Position numbers and translations under genes: made by a program | Shown: positions 11,206-22,401 of the stretch, one piece after another | How the letters are laid out: every line of letters begins with the position of its first letter | How positions within the stretch are numbered: position 1 is the stretch's first letter | The notes under the pieces: generated by a model | What the model was told of the DNA's origin: nothing | Seen by the model: the letters and a program-made list of their open reading frames with translations, nothing else | Database searches by the model: none | NCBI GenBank assembly: GCA_027592785.1 | Contig: JAQCLD010000002.1 | Span: 45,000 to 108,999, forward strand | Reading direction: 5' to 3' | From: Acidobacteriota bacterium | Lineage (GTDB): Bacteria; Acidobacteriota; Terriglobia; Bryobacterales; UBA6623 | DNA: 64,000 nucleotides

Positions 11206-12228
11206 GTGCGCCTAAATGTTGGCCGCTCTGTCTGTCGTCCCCTACCTCTCATTACGCTTGCGTCCGCGATTGGGTTTCTCATTGGCGGCGTTGCTTTGGC
11301 GGGAGATCCTGTCCTGCCTGGCGCTGGCACTGTCGAACTGCAAACCCGTCCCCAACAGGCGGAACAACGCGCGAACGAGCGCGGAGCGGTGATCGGCGTC
11401 GATGTTGAGTTGGCGCTAGTCAATGTGACGGTGACCGATCCGATGGGCCGCATGGTCACCGGGCTGACGAAAGAACATTTCCAAGTTTTCGAAGACAAGA
11501 ACGAGCAAGTCATCTCGCAGTTCGGGGCGGAAGACTCTCCTTTGTCGATGGCCATCGTTTTCGACGCTTCGGGTTCGATGGGCTACAAGATGAGCAAGGC
11601 GCGCGAGGCGGTTGCGCAGTTCTTCAAGACCGCGAATCCCGAAGATGAGTTCTTCCTGGTCTCGTTCAATAACCGGCCCGACATGGCTACCGGCTTCACG
11701 CAGAGTCTCGAAGAAATCCAGAACCGGTTGACGTTTACCGAATCGAAGGGCCGTACCGCTTTGTTGGATGCCATCTACTTAGCGCTCAACAAGATGAAAG
11801 AGGCCAAGAATCAGCAGAAGGCGCTGCTGATCATCTCCGACGGCGGCGACAACTCCAGCCGTTACACGGAACGCGAGATCAAATCGCTGGTTCGGGAATC
11901 GGACGTCCAGATCTACGCCATTGGCATCTACGAGCCGTTTGGATCGCGGGGCAGGACCTCGGAGGAAATGGCGGGTCCTGGGCTGTTGACTGAACTTGCG
12001 GAGCAGACGGGCGGCAGGCAGTTCCCGGTGGAGAACATCAACGAGCTTCCCGACATCGCTGAGAAAATCGGGATCGAACTGCGCAACCAGTATGTCCTGG
12101 GCTACGTCCCAAACAATGAGGAGCGGGACGGCAAGTGGCGCAGGGTTAAGGTCGAGGTCAAGAAGATCCGGGGGATGCCCCAATTAAGACCTTATTTCCG
12201 AGACGGTTATTACGCACCCTCGCGCTGA
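11206..12228 (+). CDS. secreted von Willebrand factor A domain protein (Acidobacterial VWFA-related family)
   Basis: GGAGG lies 7 nt before the GTG. A signal/TM segment is present. VWA MIDAS motif: AIVFDASGSM...ALLIISDGGDNSS. Confidence 0.85.
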   Translation: MRLNVGRSVCRPLPLITLASAIGFLIGGVALAGDPVLPGAGTVELQTRPQQAEQRANERGAVIGVDVELALVNVTVTDPMGRMVTGLTKEHFQVFEDKNEQVISQFGAEDSPLSMAIVFDASGSMGYKMSKAREAVAQFFKTANPEDEFFLVSFNNRPDMATGFTQSLEEIQNRLTFTESKGRTALLDAIYLALNKMKEAKNQQKALLIISDGGDNSSRYTEREIKSLVRESDVQIYAIGIYEPFGSRGRTSEEMAGPGLLTELAEQTGGRQFPVENINELPDIAEKIGIELRNQYVLGYVPNNEERDGKWRRVKVEVKKIRGMPQLRPYFRDGYYAPSR

Positions 12229-12267
12229 TCCCTATCCCGGCCGACAAAGCTGGTGTACAACAGATAT

Positions 12268-13191
12268 ATGAGATTCCTTCGAGTTGCCTGCCTCCTGACG
12301 GTGGCCTTGCCGGCGGTCGGCTTGTGGGCTCAGGATGTCCGGACGAATATCCAGTCCGGCGAGTTGGTCTTCACGGCCGACACGAGGGAAGTTGTGCTGC
12401 ATGTGACGGTGGTCGATCGGCGGGACCGGTTGGTCACTGACCTGGGCCAGACGAACTTCCGGATTCTTGAGAACGGGCAACCGGTCAACATCAAGTTCTT
12501 CCGGCAGGAAGAAGTGCCGGTTTCGATCGGCATCCTGGTCGACAATTCAGGCTCGATGCGCGACAAGAGGCTGCGGGTGAACGCGGCGGCTCTTGAGTTC
12601 GTGAAGGCGTCGAATCCGGAAGATGAGATGTTCATCGTCAATTTCAATGACGAGGCCTATCGCGACACGGACTACACCAACGACCAGGCCAGAATTCAGG
12701 ATGCGCTGCAACGGATTGACTCGCGCGGCGGCACGGCACTCTACGATGCGGTCCGGGCTTCGCTCGACTACTTAACCGAAAAGGCGCACAACGAAAAGCG
12801 CGTATTGCTGTTGATCAGTGACGGGGAAGACAATGCCAGCAAGGCTGAGCTGGAAGTGCTGGTTCGCGAATTGCAGGAGGCGGGTTCCAGCCAGACCTCG
12901 ATCTACGCGATCGGCCTGCTGACTGAGGAAGAGAAGCGATCGGCGAAACGGGCGGAGCGGGCGATTAAATATCTCACACGCGCCACCGGCGGCCCCGCTT
13001 ACTTCCCGGCGACTGTTGACGAAGTCACTGCGCTGATGACTCAGATCGCCGCGGACATCCGCAACCAATACACGATTGCTTACAGTCCCGCGACCGTCGC
13101 CGGGGCCGGGTTCCGGGAGATAGCCATCGACTTGGTCGGCACGGACAAACGCAATACGGTACGGCACCGCCCGGGCTACTTCGGCGAATAG
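12268..13191 (+). CDS. secreted von Willebrand factor A domain protein, paralog of the preceding gene
   Basis: The start is placed at ATG 12268 (MRFLRVACLLTVALPAVGLWAQ, a signal peptide). MIDAS motif: GILVDNSGSM...VLLLISDGEDNAS. The architecture matches 11206-12228. Confidence 0.85.
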   Translation: MRFLRVACLLTVALPAVGLWAQDVRTNIQSGELVFTADTREVVLHVTVVDRRDRLVTDLGQTNFRILENGQPVNIKFFRQEEVPVSIGILVDNSGSMRDKRLRVNAAALEFVKASNPEDEMFIVNFNDEAYRDTDYTNDQARIQDALQRIDSRGGTALYDAVRASLDYLTEKAHNEKRVLLLISDGEDNASKAELEVLVRELQEAGSSQTSIYAIGLLTEEEKRSAKRAERAIKYLTRATGGPAYFPATVDEVTALMTQIAADIRNQYTIAYSPATVAGAGFREIAIDLVGTDKRNTVRHRPGYFGE

Positions 13192-13209
13192 GCAAGGATC
13201 CGCAATAGA

Positions 13210-13422
13210 TTGAAGCTTCTCCGCACGGTAGGGTTCTTGTGGGACGCCAGCCGCGGCTACCGTCTCCGGCCCTGGGCTAGCCCCTACATTCGCTGGCGGA
13301 TGGAGACCTACTCGGGCATGCCTGCGGAGCAAATCGACAGGGCTGCGTTCTGGGCCTTTCTCGGCCAGGAACGCCGGCGATTGTCGGCGTTCTTGAAGTG
13401 GGCCGGCGAGATGCGCTCCTAG
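13210..13422 (+). CDS. small Trp/Arg-rich hypothetical protein (70 aa, TTG start)
   Basis: Third-position GC is high across the ORF. The sequence is non-repetitive (RPWASPYIRWRMETYSGMPAEQIDRAAFWAFL). It lies 18 nt after the VWA stop. No family recognised. Confidence 0.45.
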   Translation: MKLLRTVGFLWDASRGYRLRPWASPYIRWRMETYSGMPAEQIDRAAFWAFLGQERRRLSAFLKWAGEMRS

Positions 13423-13712
13423 CTGCGACCGCGAATCAGGCGGACCGTTTCGGATGCCGCGAACCACAGATTCACCAGGCCCAGGCCGGAGACGCCTCCG
13501 CGAACGTAGCTGCTCAGCATCAATCGTTGAGCCGAAACGTTGAGGCTTAAGAAATAGTTGCGATCCCAAAGCAGGGTCCAGGGCAGCATCAGCAGGATGA
13601 GGCCGATTTCGAAACAGAACAACGCTAGGATGATGCGCAGAATGCGTCGCGACTTGGCCGAAGAGTCGTTGCTGGTTGCCGGATCGCTCGGGGCGGCGGG
13701 CGTAATACTCAA
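13419..13712 (-). CDS. small membrane protein (two predicted TM helices)
   Basis: Its start overlaps the rnhB stop by 4 nt. Hydrophobic segments: ILRIILALFCFEIGLILLMLPWTLLW and GGVSGLGLVNLWFAA. Confidence 0.6.
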   Translation of the reverse strand: MSITPAAPSDPATSNDSSAKSRRILRIILALFCFEIGLILLMLPWTLLWDRNYFLSLNVSAQRLMLSSYVRGGVSGLGLVNLWFAASETVRLIRGRS

Positions 13713-14431
13713 AGCGCAGCCGCCTCAAATTCGAAGAGTTCCCCTTGCAACACTCCGCCCACTGTAGCGATATTGGCCGGAAACTTCGAGGCGGCGGCTA
13801 CCGGTTCGAAGCTCAGGCGATGGATGGGAGTTGGGCCCTGGCGCTCTAGCGCCCGCAGATGCGCTGGCGTGCCGTAGCCCTTGTTTGAAGCGAGATCGTA
13901 GGCGGGGTAAACCTGGGCCCATTCGCGCATCCACGCATCGCGCTCGACTTTAGCCAGGATGGAGGCGGCTGCGATTGACCGGCTGAGGCAGTCTCCGCGG
14001 ATCAACGACCGTTGAGGCAGGGGCAGGTTGAGCTTCATGGCGTCAGCAAGGATGTAGTCCGGCTGAACGGCTAGCTTGCGGATAGCGTCCTCCATGGCCA
14101 GGCGGGCGGCCTGGTAGATGTTGACGCGGTCGATCCAGGCGGCGTCGACTGCGGCGATGGACCAGGCCAGGCAGCGTTCTCGAATCCGGGGAGCGATCGC
14201 TTCGCGCGTCTTGCGATCCAGTTGCTTGCTGTCGGCCAGGCCGCGAATCGGGACGCCGGGTTTGAGGATTACCGCAGCGGCGACGACGGGACCGAACAGG
14301 CAGCCGCGGCCGACCTCGTCGACGCCCGCGATGGAGCAGTACCCGGCTTCGCGAGCCAACTCTTCATAGCGCAGGTGAGGCCGACGCCTGGTCGGTCTAG
14401 CGGAATGCAACGACGCCGGAGGAGCTGGCAT
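13709..14431 (-). CDS. rnhB: ribonuclease HII
   Basis: IAGVDEVGRGCLFGPVVAAAV (DEVGRG catalytic motif), ADSKQL, and DAMK....GD..S..IAAASI.AK. Confidence 0.93.
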   Translation of the reverse strand: MPAPPASLHSARPTRRRPHLRYEELAREAGYCSIAGVDEVGRGCLFGPVVAAAVILKPGVPIRGLADSKQLDRKTREAIAPRIRERCLAWSIAAVDAAWIDRVNIYQAARLAMEDAIRKLAVQPDYILADAMKLNLPLPQRSLIRGDCLSRSIAAASILAKVERDAWMREWAQVYPAYDLASNKGYGTPAHLRALERQGPTPIHRLSFEPVAAASKFPANIATVGGVLQGELFEFEAAAL

Positions 14432-14451
14432 TCGTGAGCCGCCGAAAGAAT

Positions 14452-14808
14452 CTAGCGGCGATCACGCTCGCGCAGGCGAGCAGCTTTGCCTCGGAGGTTG
14501 CGGAGATAGTAGAGCTTCGCGCGACGGACACGAGTACGGCGGACAATCTCGAACTCCGCAATGATCGGCGAATGGATCGGGAAGATGCGCTCGACGGCGA
14601 CGCTGCCGAAGCTGATCTTGCGAAGCGTGACGGTTTCCCGCAGACCGGTGTTGTTCTGGGCGATCACGGTGCCTTCAAAAATCTGGATGCGCTCTTTCTC
14701 GCCCTCGCGGATGCGTACATGTGCGCGGACGGTATCGCCGGGCTCCATCTTGGCAACGCCTTCGCGCATCTTCATCTGGTCGATCTTGTCGAGTATGGCG
14801 TTTTGCAT
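14452..14808 (-). CDS. rplS: 50S ribosomal protein L19
   Basis: Full-length L19 pattern ([38 protein letters not shown]). Confidence 0.97.
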   Translation of the reverse strand: MQNAILDKIDQMKMREGVAKMEPGDTVRAHVRIREGEKERIQIFEGTVIAQNNTGLRETVTLRKISFGSVAVERIFPIHSPIIAEFEIVRRTRVRRAKLYYLRNLRGKAARLRERDRR

Positions 14809-14905
14809 GGTGACTACCTTCGGGCGGCGAATAGAGACGCTCCTTGTAATTGTAGCGAGGGTTGGGCGGTTTGCGCTGCAATTTCGCTACAACTAGGCAT
14901 TCTAT

Positions 14906-15679
14906 TCAGAGCGGGTCTTTTGACGCGTCCGCCTCAATCTCCTCTATCAGTGCCCGATCCTCTTTGGTCAGCTGGGCTGATTGCAGCAGGTCGGGGCGGT
15001 TCTTCCTGGTCTTAGCCAGCGCCGTTTTACGGCGCCAGCGGCGGATCTTCTCGTGATCGCCGGATAACAATATTTCCGGAGCGCTCCAACCGCGGAACTC
15101 CGCGGGCCTGGTGTAGTGAGGGAAGTCGAGGACTCCCTGGGCTCCGCTTGCGGTCGGCGTAAACGATTCCTGTACGCTGGACGCCTCGTTTCCTAATACC
15201 CCAGGGACCAGCCGCGCCACCGCGTCGACGAGTATCCCTGCGGCCCATTCTCCTCCGGAGAGGATGAAGCTGCCTACGGATATCTCTTCGTCCGCCAGAT
15301 GCTCGGTCACTCTTTCGTCGATCCCCTCGTAGCGGCCCGAAATCACGACAACCTCGTCGTATTGGGCGAGCCGTAGGGCGGTCGCCTGATCGAAAAGCTT
15401 GCCTTGAGCAGACATGGCGATCACTCGCCGCGTTGCGTCCGGTTTGCGTCCGGCGACTTCCTGCAATGCGAGAAAGATCGGCTCGATCTTCATGACCATG
15501 CCTTCATCGCCGCCGAAGGGACGATCATCGACCGTTCGGTGTCTGTCGGAAGTGTAGTCGCGCAAGTCGTGAGTCTCGATCGACATGAGGCCGGCCGAGC
15601 ACGCACGGCTGACCACGCCGTACTCAAATGGAGTGCGGAAGAACTCGGGAAAGATCGTGAGCAGATGAAAAGTCAGCAT
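14906..15679 (-). CDS. trmD: tRNA (guanine37-N1)-methyltransferase
   Basis: LTIFPEFF, VDDRPFGGDEGMVM, GRYEGIDERV and SGDHEKIRRWRR. Confidence 0.96.
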   Translation of the reverse strand: MLTFHLLTIFPEFFRTPFEYGVVSRACSAGLMSIETHDLRDYTSDRHRTVDDRPFGGDEGMVMKIEPIFLALQEVAGRKPDATRRVIAMSAQGKLFDQATALRLAQYDEVVVISGRYEGIDERVTEHLADEEISVGSFILSGGEWAAGILVDAVARLVPGVLGNEASSVQESFTPTASGAQGVLDFPHYTRPAEFRGWSAPEILLSGDHEKIRRWRRKTALAKTRKNRPDLLQSAQLTKEDRALIEEIEADASKDPL

Positions 15680-15698
15680 TTCGACTCGCTCAGCGCGA

Positions 15699-16235
15699 TC
15701 ATTCGTTCAGGTCTTCCAGGCCATCCGGCAAGCGGACCGCAATCCGCTTGGCTTCGATATCTAAGTCAAGGCAGATCTCGGGCGTATAGGGAATCAGAAT
15801 CTCTTTGTTTTCTTGGCGGACCTCGAGGAGGGGCTGCCCTCCCGATTCCAACACTCCCTCCACTTTTCCGATGACACGACCCGTATCGGCGTCAATGATG
15901 TCGCAGCCGATCACGTCGATGTCGTAGTGCTCTCCTTCAGGCGGCGGACCGAGATCCTCGTAGGGGATCTGCACTTGGCAGCCTCTCAGGTTTTCGGCGT
16001 CGCTGATTGTCTCGACGCCCGCAAACTTCAAGATCAAGCGGCCCTGGTGATACCAGGCGTTCTCGATCGTTCTTTCTTCCCGCAGCTCGCTCGGATAGAG
16101 CAGGGAAACGACGGCGTTATCGCTGAAGCGGTCCAGATCTTGGCACAGGTCGCGGGCGGCGACTTCGCCCCGGTTGCCGCGAGGTTTGAAAATCTTGGCC
16201 AGCGCGACGTATTCAGGCAGCGCGGAGTCAGTCAA
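15699..16235 (-). CDS. rimM: 16S rRNA processing protein RimM
   Basis: The KPRGNRGEV motif and PRC-barrel C-terminus are present. It sits between the KH protein and trmD, as in the canonical operon. Confidence 0.9.
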   Translation of the reverse strand: MTDSALPEYVALAKIFKPRGNRGEVAARDLCQDLDRFSDNAVVSLLYPSELREERTIENAWYHQGRLILKFAGVETISDAENLRGCQVQIPYEDLGPPPEGEHYDIDVIGCDIIDADTGRVIGKVEGVLESGGQPLLEVRQENKEILIPYTPEICLDLDIEAKRIAVRLPDGLEDLNE

Positions 16236-16492
16236 GGCTCAAGGATCTCAAGGGAGAATCTTTTGTTGTGCTTGACGCCCGCTGCGCCGAGCAAAATCCG
16301 AATGGACTTGGCGGTGCGACCCTTCTTGCCGATGACCTTGCCCAAGTCGGCTTGGTCTACGCTCAACTCCAATACACGGACTTGATCGCCGTCGACCGAC
16401 TTGACCGAGACCCCCTCAGGGTTATCGACCAGAGCCTTGGCAATCAGCTCGACCATCTCTACGATCGGGTCAATCTTGGATTCCGTAGTCAT
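16232..16492 (-). CDS. KH-domain RNA-binding protein (YlqC/UPF0109-like)
   Basis: The start is placed at ATG 16492. GKVIGKKGRTAKSIR is the GXXG KH motif. Position is the classical one between rpsP and rimM. Confidence 0.85.
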   Translation of the reverse strand: MTTESKIDPIVEMVELIAKALVDNPEGVSVKSVDGDQVRVLELSVDQADLGKVIGKKGRTAKSIRILLGAAGVKHNKRFSLEILEP

Positions 16493-16575
16493 GCGCCCCT
16501 CCTGTGTTCGACGGCCGCCCAAGACGCAGGGCGACCGAGGCGCCGGGCCGGCGCCGTTTTGCGATCCACTTCAGC

Positions 16576-17136
16576 TTAGGCTTTGTCGGCTTCCTCGGCG
16601 GGAGCCTCTGCGGCTGGAGCTTCCTCGACTACCGCTGCTTCCGGGGGGGCTTCTGCGGCCGGAGTCGCTTCGGCCGCCACTGCTTCTACGGGAGCCTCCG
16701 TGGCAGGAACTGCTTCAGCAACAACTTCGCTGCTTCCGTTCTCTGCTTCCGCAGCCGTGGCCTCGGCCTCGACTTCTTCAATCTTCGGAGCCGGAGCTGG
16801 GGCAGGGGCCGGAGCTACGGCGACCGGCTTGGGCGCCGGCTTGTTATCGGCAGCAGCCTTTTGGGCCGCCTCGCGCTTCGGCTGAGCGGTATGGGCGCCG
16901 TTCGCGTCGAAGTACTTGATGAGGCGCTGGGCGGTATCGCTGGGTTGGGCTCCGACGCCCAACCAGTAGTCAATCCGCTCGCGCTTTAGGTCGATTTCGA
17001 TCGGATCGGGACGCGGGTTGTAATGACCCAATATCTCGATCGTCTTGCTGTCCCGGGCGCGGCGGCTATCAATAGCCACGAGCCTGTAAGACGGTTTTTT
17101 CTTTGCCCCGATTCGGGTCAAGCGTAACGCCACCAT
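16576..17136 (-). CDS. rpsP: 30S ribosomal protein S16 with long Ala/Pro/Glu-rich C-terminal extension
   Basis: The N-terminal ~85 aa are canonical S16 (MVALRLTRIGAKKKPSYRLVAIDSRRARDSK.IE.LG.YNP). The remaining ~100 aa are low-complexity A/P/E/V. Confidence 0.93.
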   Translation of the reverse strand: MVALRLTRIGAKKKPSYRLVAIDSRRARDSKTIEILGHYNPRPDPIEIDLKRERIDYWLGVGAQPSDTAQRLIKYFDANGAHTAQPKREAAQKAAADNKPAPKPVAVAPAPAPAPAPKIEEVEAEATAAEAENGSSEVVAEAVPATEAPVEAVAAEATPAAEAPPEAAVVEEAPAAEAPAEEADKA

Positions 17137-17186
17137 GGCTAATGCAATCCTCCAACGATCCCTTTCTACACGTCCGCGAGCTGGGC

Positions 17187-18611
<1,425 letters not shown>

Positions 18612-18744
18612 GCCTGACGTTACTCAGTCGGCCATCCCAGGGGACGACCGGATCAACTGACTTCGGAAACTCCCGGGCAGGCGAGAAAAGACGCAGATCC
18701 CCCGGGAGAATACTCTTCATTGTAGTGACCGGTCCGCTGGGGCG

Positions 18745-19620
18745 TCAATCGCCGGCGGCAGCGACGAGCGCTCGTTCAGAGATCTCGTAGCAGGTGGGAT
18801 CGCCCATAATCTGGCGCACGAGGGCGATGTGCATGGCATGTCCGGCGCGGGTCGCGATCACGCGACCGAGTAGCGGCTTGCCCAGCATGGCCAGGTCGCC
18901 GATCAAGTCGAGCAGCTTGTGGCGGCAGGGCTCGTCGGAGAAGCGCAGCCCGCCAGGGTTGAGGACGCCGGCGGCGCCGAAGCAGACGGCGTTCTCAAGG
19001 GTTGCGCCGCGGATCAGGCCCATCTCGCGCATTTGATCCAGGTCAGCCTCAAATCCGAACGTCCGGGCAGGGGCGATGTCGCGCGCGTAGACCTCGGGCT
19101 CGATCGTGAGACTGAGCGTTTGGCGGCCGACAAGGGCGTGGTCGAAGCGGCTTTCGCAAACGATCTCAAAGTCTTCTGAAGGTTCGATGCGGATGCGCTT
19201 ATCGCCGTCGACGGCCTCGACCGGCCGCACGATCTTCAAATAGCGGCGGGGCCGATTGAGCGTGCGCAGACCAGCGGTTTGCAGCATCTCGACGAAAGGA
19301 AGCGCGCTGCCGTCGACGATGGGGACTTCGAGGTTGTCGATTTCGACGATGAGGTTATCGATGCGGCTTGCGTAGAGGCAACTGAGCAGATGCTCAGTCG
19401 TCTGCAGCAATACGCCTTCACGCATGAGGCTGGTGGCATAGCTAACCTTGGCAACGTGGCGCCAAACCGCGGGGATCTCAAATCCGTCTAGATCCGTCCG
19501 CCGGAAGCGAATTCCTGTGCCTGCCTCGGCAGGAACGAGACGCATGGCCACCGGCGCTCCGCTGTGGAGGCCGACTCCTGAAACCGCAGCAGGGCGTTTG
19601 ATCGTCGTTTCAAATGGCAA
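18745..19620 (-). CDS. lpxC: UDP-3-O-acyl-N-acetylglucosamine deacetylase
   Basis: GVGLHSG N-terminus, TTEHLLS, FSDEPCRHKLLDLIGDL and AGHAMH. Confidence 0.95.
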   Translation of the reverse strand: MPFETTIKRPAAVSGVGLHSGAPVAMRLVPAEAGTGIRFRRTDLDGFEIPAVWRHVAKVSYATSLMREGVLLQTTEHLLSCLYASRIDNLIVEIDNLEVPIVDGSALPFVEMLQTAGLRTLNRPRRYLKIVRPVEAVDGDKRIRIEPSEDFEIVCESRFDHALVGRQTLSLTIEPEVYARDIAPARTFGFEADLDQMREMGLIRGATLENAVCFGAAGVLNPGGLRFSDEPCRHKLLDLIGDLAMLGKPLLGRVIATRAGHAMHIALVRQIMGDPTCYEISERALVAAAGD

Positions 19621-19773
19621 TGGAGGGGGGATCCTTCAGGGGTGACAGCCATTTATGCATTCGCAATTCTGTTGCCGTTGTCTAAGTCATTGATTCTAGG
19701 TAAGAGCCCCAGGAGACTGTGTCTGAGCAGACACAATTTGTCGGTCGCACGCGTGTTCTATTTCATACAGTAA

Positions 19774-20364
19774 CTAGAGTTGCGCGCGTGACTCGCTAGC
19801 GACGACGATCGCCTGACCTCGCTCCAGCCGAATCTGGTCGATGTTATTGCCGAGTGAAGTCGGCTGTCCCAGGGCGAACCCTTCAAGGTCGGTAGCCACG
19901 TAGTTCTTGACGATCCAATCGAGGATGGGTCCTTTGAGCTCACGATCGTCGAGCAAGAACGAGTCGACGTCAGCTCGGGCCTGGCCGCCCGAAGAGACAT
20001 AGCGCACGCGGGCGACGAATCCGTGTTCGCCGCGCAGCATCATTAGCAGTAACCGGGTCGCTGTATCTTGGGCTTCGCCAAGCTGAGAGAAGTCGGCTCG
20101 GCCCGACACGATTCCGGTGTCGGATTCGAGTTCGACGTGCAGATCGCGGATCCCTGCGGGGATTAGGCCAGCGTAGTCGTACTGCAAGAAACTGTTGATC
20201 TCGCTTTGGGTGAGGGTGATCTGTTCTCCGGGGGACATCTCGCCGAGGCTGATGCGGTCCAGTTTTTCCGTGGCGGAATGGCTCTCTTCCAGAGAAACTG
20301 CCAGCATTACGGCCGTCCTGGAGAGCAGCAATGCGGCAGCGAGTGCGATGGTGCTTCGTTTCAT
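19774..20364 (-). CDS. hypothetical secreted or membrane-anchored protein
   Basis: The start is placed at ATG 20364 (MKRSTIALAAALLLSRTAVMLAV), which avoids overlap with the antiporter gene. The fold is possibly LmeA/DUF2993-like, but this is a weak impression only. Confidence 0.55.
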   Translation of the reverse strand: MKRSTIALAAALLLSRTAVMLAVSLEESHSATEKLDRISLGEMSPGEQITLTQSEINSFLQYDYAGLIPAGIRDLHVELESDTGIVSGRADFSQLGEAQDTATRLLLMMLRGEHGFVARVRYVSSGGQARADVDSFLLDDRELKGPILDWIVKNYVATDLEGFALGQPTSLGNNIDQIRLERGQAIVVASESRAQL

Positions 20365-20407
20365 TCCTCGAATCCTGGTGTCTTGGACGGATCTAGGCCC
20401 TTTCTTG

Positions 20408-22390
20408 TTACGAACGAATTGCCTCAAGCAGTTTTCGGGCTGCCGCGCGCTGGTCCAGGTCGCCGAGTAGCGCCAGCATATCCCCGGCGGCGATCTCGTA
20501 TTCGGGTCCTGGGTTTGCGCGGACTTCCCCGTCATGGACAGCAGCGACGACTAGCGCGCCGGTTTGTGTCCTGAGTGCCAAGACGCGAATTGTGGAGCCG
20601 GCGACGGCAGCGTCGTCGGGTACGGTCAACCAATCGATTTCCAGGGAATGTCCAGCCTGCCGAATGTCGGCCAAAACGTCGCGGCAGGGATCGGACAGAT
20701 CTTGGCCGCGGAGAGGTTGGTAGAGATCTTTGCGTACTGCGTCGCTAAAGCGGTGGATATCGGAGGCGGGGAATTCAAAGTGGCTCAGTACCTGGCGGAC
20801 CATCTCCAGTCCAGCCTCGAACTCGGGTTGCACGGCCTCGTAAATTCCCAGGGCGCGGAGTTCGCCGAGGTGCTCTTGGTATAAGGCTCGGGCCACGACG
20901 TGCAGATCCGGCTGCAGCCGGCGGGCCTGTTGGACGGTTAGCCGAATGACTACCTCGGCCGGCACGGTGATGAGCAGCAGGCGCGCCCCGCCGACGCCGG
21001 CGGCGGCCAATATTTCTTCGCGGGAGGAGTCGCCCCAGATGACGGGCAGTTTCTCGCGGCGTAAGGCCGGCGCTTTGTCGTTGTTGAGTTCGATGATGAC
21101 GAACGGCAGGCCAATGTTGCGCATGACCTGCACGGCGGTGCGGCCGGTCCGGCCATAGCCGGCGACAACCACATGTCCGCGCAGTTTTTCGTCAGGCAGA
21201 TTGAACGTATTCAGTTGCACAGGCTGATTCGAATAACTGCGCCACCAGCGAGCCAAGGGAAGCGCCGAGCGTGACAACAAGGGCGAAACGACCATCGTAG
21301 CCAGCGTGCCGGTCAGCGTGAGCGAGTAAACCTCCGCCGAGATAGACCCTGACTGCAGTCCCGTGCGAGCCAGTACGAAGGCGAACTCGCCGACCTGGGC
21401 GAGGCCCAGAGCAATGATCCAGGGGGCCATGTTGCCGTAGCCGAAGGCGCGGGCCAGACCGCCGAAGATGACCGCCTTGCCGGCGATGATCAGGACCACC
21501 GTTGCGCTGACGACGCCCAAGTTTTCGAGCAGGAAGGAGGGATCGAGAAGCATCCCGGCCGAGGCGAAAAACACCAGACCGAAGACATCTCGCAGCGGAA
21601 TGATATCGCTCAACGCCTGATGGCTGAATTCTGACTCGCTCAGAACCATGCCCGCGACGAAGGCCCCGAAGGCGAACGATAAGCCAAACAGGTAGGTGCC
21701 GTAGCCGATCCCGACTCCCAGCGCGACCACGGCGACGAGGAATAGTTCCCGGGAGTCCCAACTGGCGATCTTTTTCAGGATCGCCGGGATGAGCCGCGTT
21801 CCGACCAGAATCATCGCCGCCAGGAACGCGGCCCCCTGCAGCGCCGCGAGGCCAAGTTCCGCGGCGAGGTTCTGTGGATCGTTCAGCTTGGGCAGCCCGA
21901 TCAGCAGTGGAGCAACGGCGAGGTCCTGCACGACGAGCAGCCCGATCATCACGCGGCTCGCTAGAGTGCCGCTCACGCCTTGGGCCATCAGCGTCTTGAG
22001 CACAACCATCGTGCTGGAGAGCGAAATCATCGCGCCGAACCAGATGGCGTGTTGCGTTTCCCAGCCCAAAAAGTGGCGCGCCAGGCCGTAGCCGAAGGCC
22101 ATCGTTAAGGCAATTTGTATAGGCCCGCCGATCAGGGCGATTTTCCGGACAACGCGTAGGTCCTTGAGCGAGAGTTCCAGTCCGAGGGCGAACAGCAGCA
22201 GGGCTACGCCGATCTCGGCGAGCAGCTCAATGTCGTGGATGTCTCCGACCGTCGGGCCGGCGGTATGCGGGCCGACTAGAACGCCAGCCAGAATGTAGCC
22301 GACCAGCAAAGGCTGCTTCAGGCGATGAGCGATCAGCCCGCCGACGAGGCCGGCCAAGACGACCAAGATGATATCGGCTGCGATTCCCAC
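20408..22390 (-). CDS. CPA2-family cation:proton antiporter with C-terminal RCK (TrkA-N/TrkA-C) domains (Kef-type)
   Basis: A Na_H exchanger membrane domain of about 12 TM helices is followed by a Rossmann [11 protein letters not shown] and an RCK C-lobe. Confidence 0.88.
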   Translation of the reverse strand: MGIAADIILVVLAGLVGGLIAHRLKQPLLVGYILAGVLVGPHTAGPTVGDIHDIELLAEIGVALLLFALGLELSLKDLRVVRKIALIGGPIQIALTMAFGYGLARHFLGWETQHAIWFGAMISLSSTMVVLKTLMAQGVSGTLASRVMIGLLVVQDLAVAPLLIGLPKLNDPQNLAAELGLAALQGAAFLAAMILVGTRLIPAILKKIASWDSRELFLVAVVALGVGIGYGTYLFGLSFAFGAFVAGMVLSESEFSHQALSDIIPLRDVFGLVFFASAGMLLDPSFLLENLGVVSATVVLIIAGKAVIFGGLARAFGYGNMAPWIIALGLAQVGEFAFVLARTGLQSGSISAEVYSLTLTGTLATMVVSPLLSRSALPLARWWRSYSNQPVQLNTFNLPDEKLRGHVVVAGYGRTGRTAVQVMRNIGLPFVIIELNNDKAPALRREKLPVIWGDSSREEILAAAGVGGARLLLITVPAEVVIRLTVQQARRLQPDLHVVARALYQEHLGELRALGIYEAVQPEFEAGLEMVRQVLSHFEFPASDIHRFSDAVRKDLYQPLRGQDLSDPCRDVLADIRQAGHSLEIDWLTVPDDAAVAGSTIRVLALRTQTGALVVAAVHDGEVRANPGPEYEIAAGDMLALLGDLDQRAAARKLLEAIRS

Positions 22391-22401
22391 CGACTCCTAC
22401 C

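Noticed and set aside
19718-19735. A 7 bp hairpin (TGTGTCT GAGC AGACACA) in the AT-richer spacer upstream of lpxC.
   Set aside because: It is short, has no U-tract on the transcribed (minus) strand, and has no recognisable motif.
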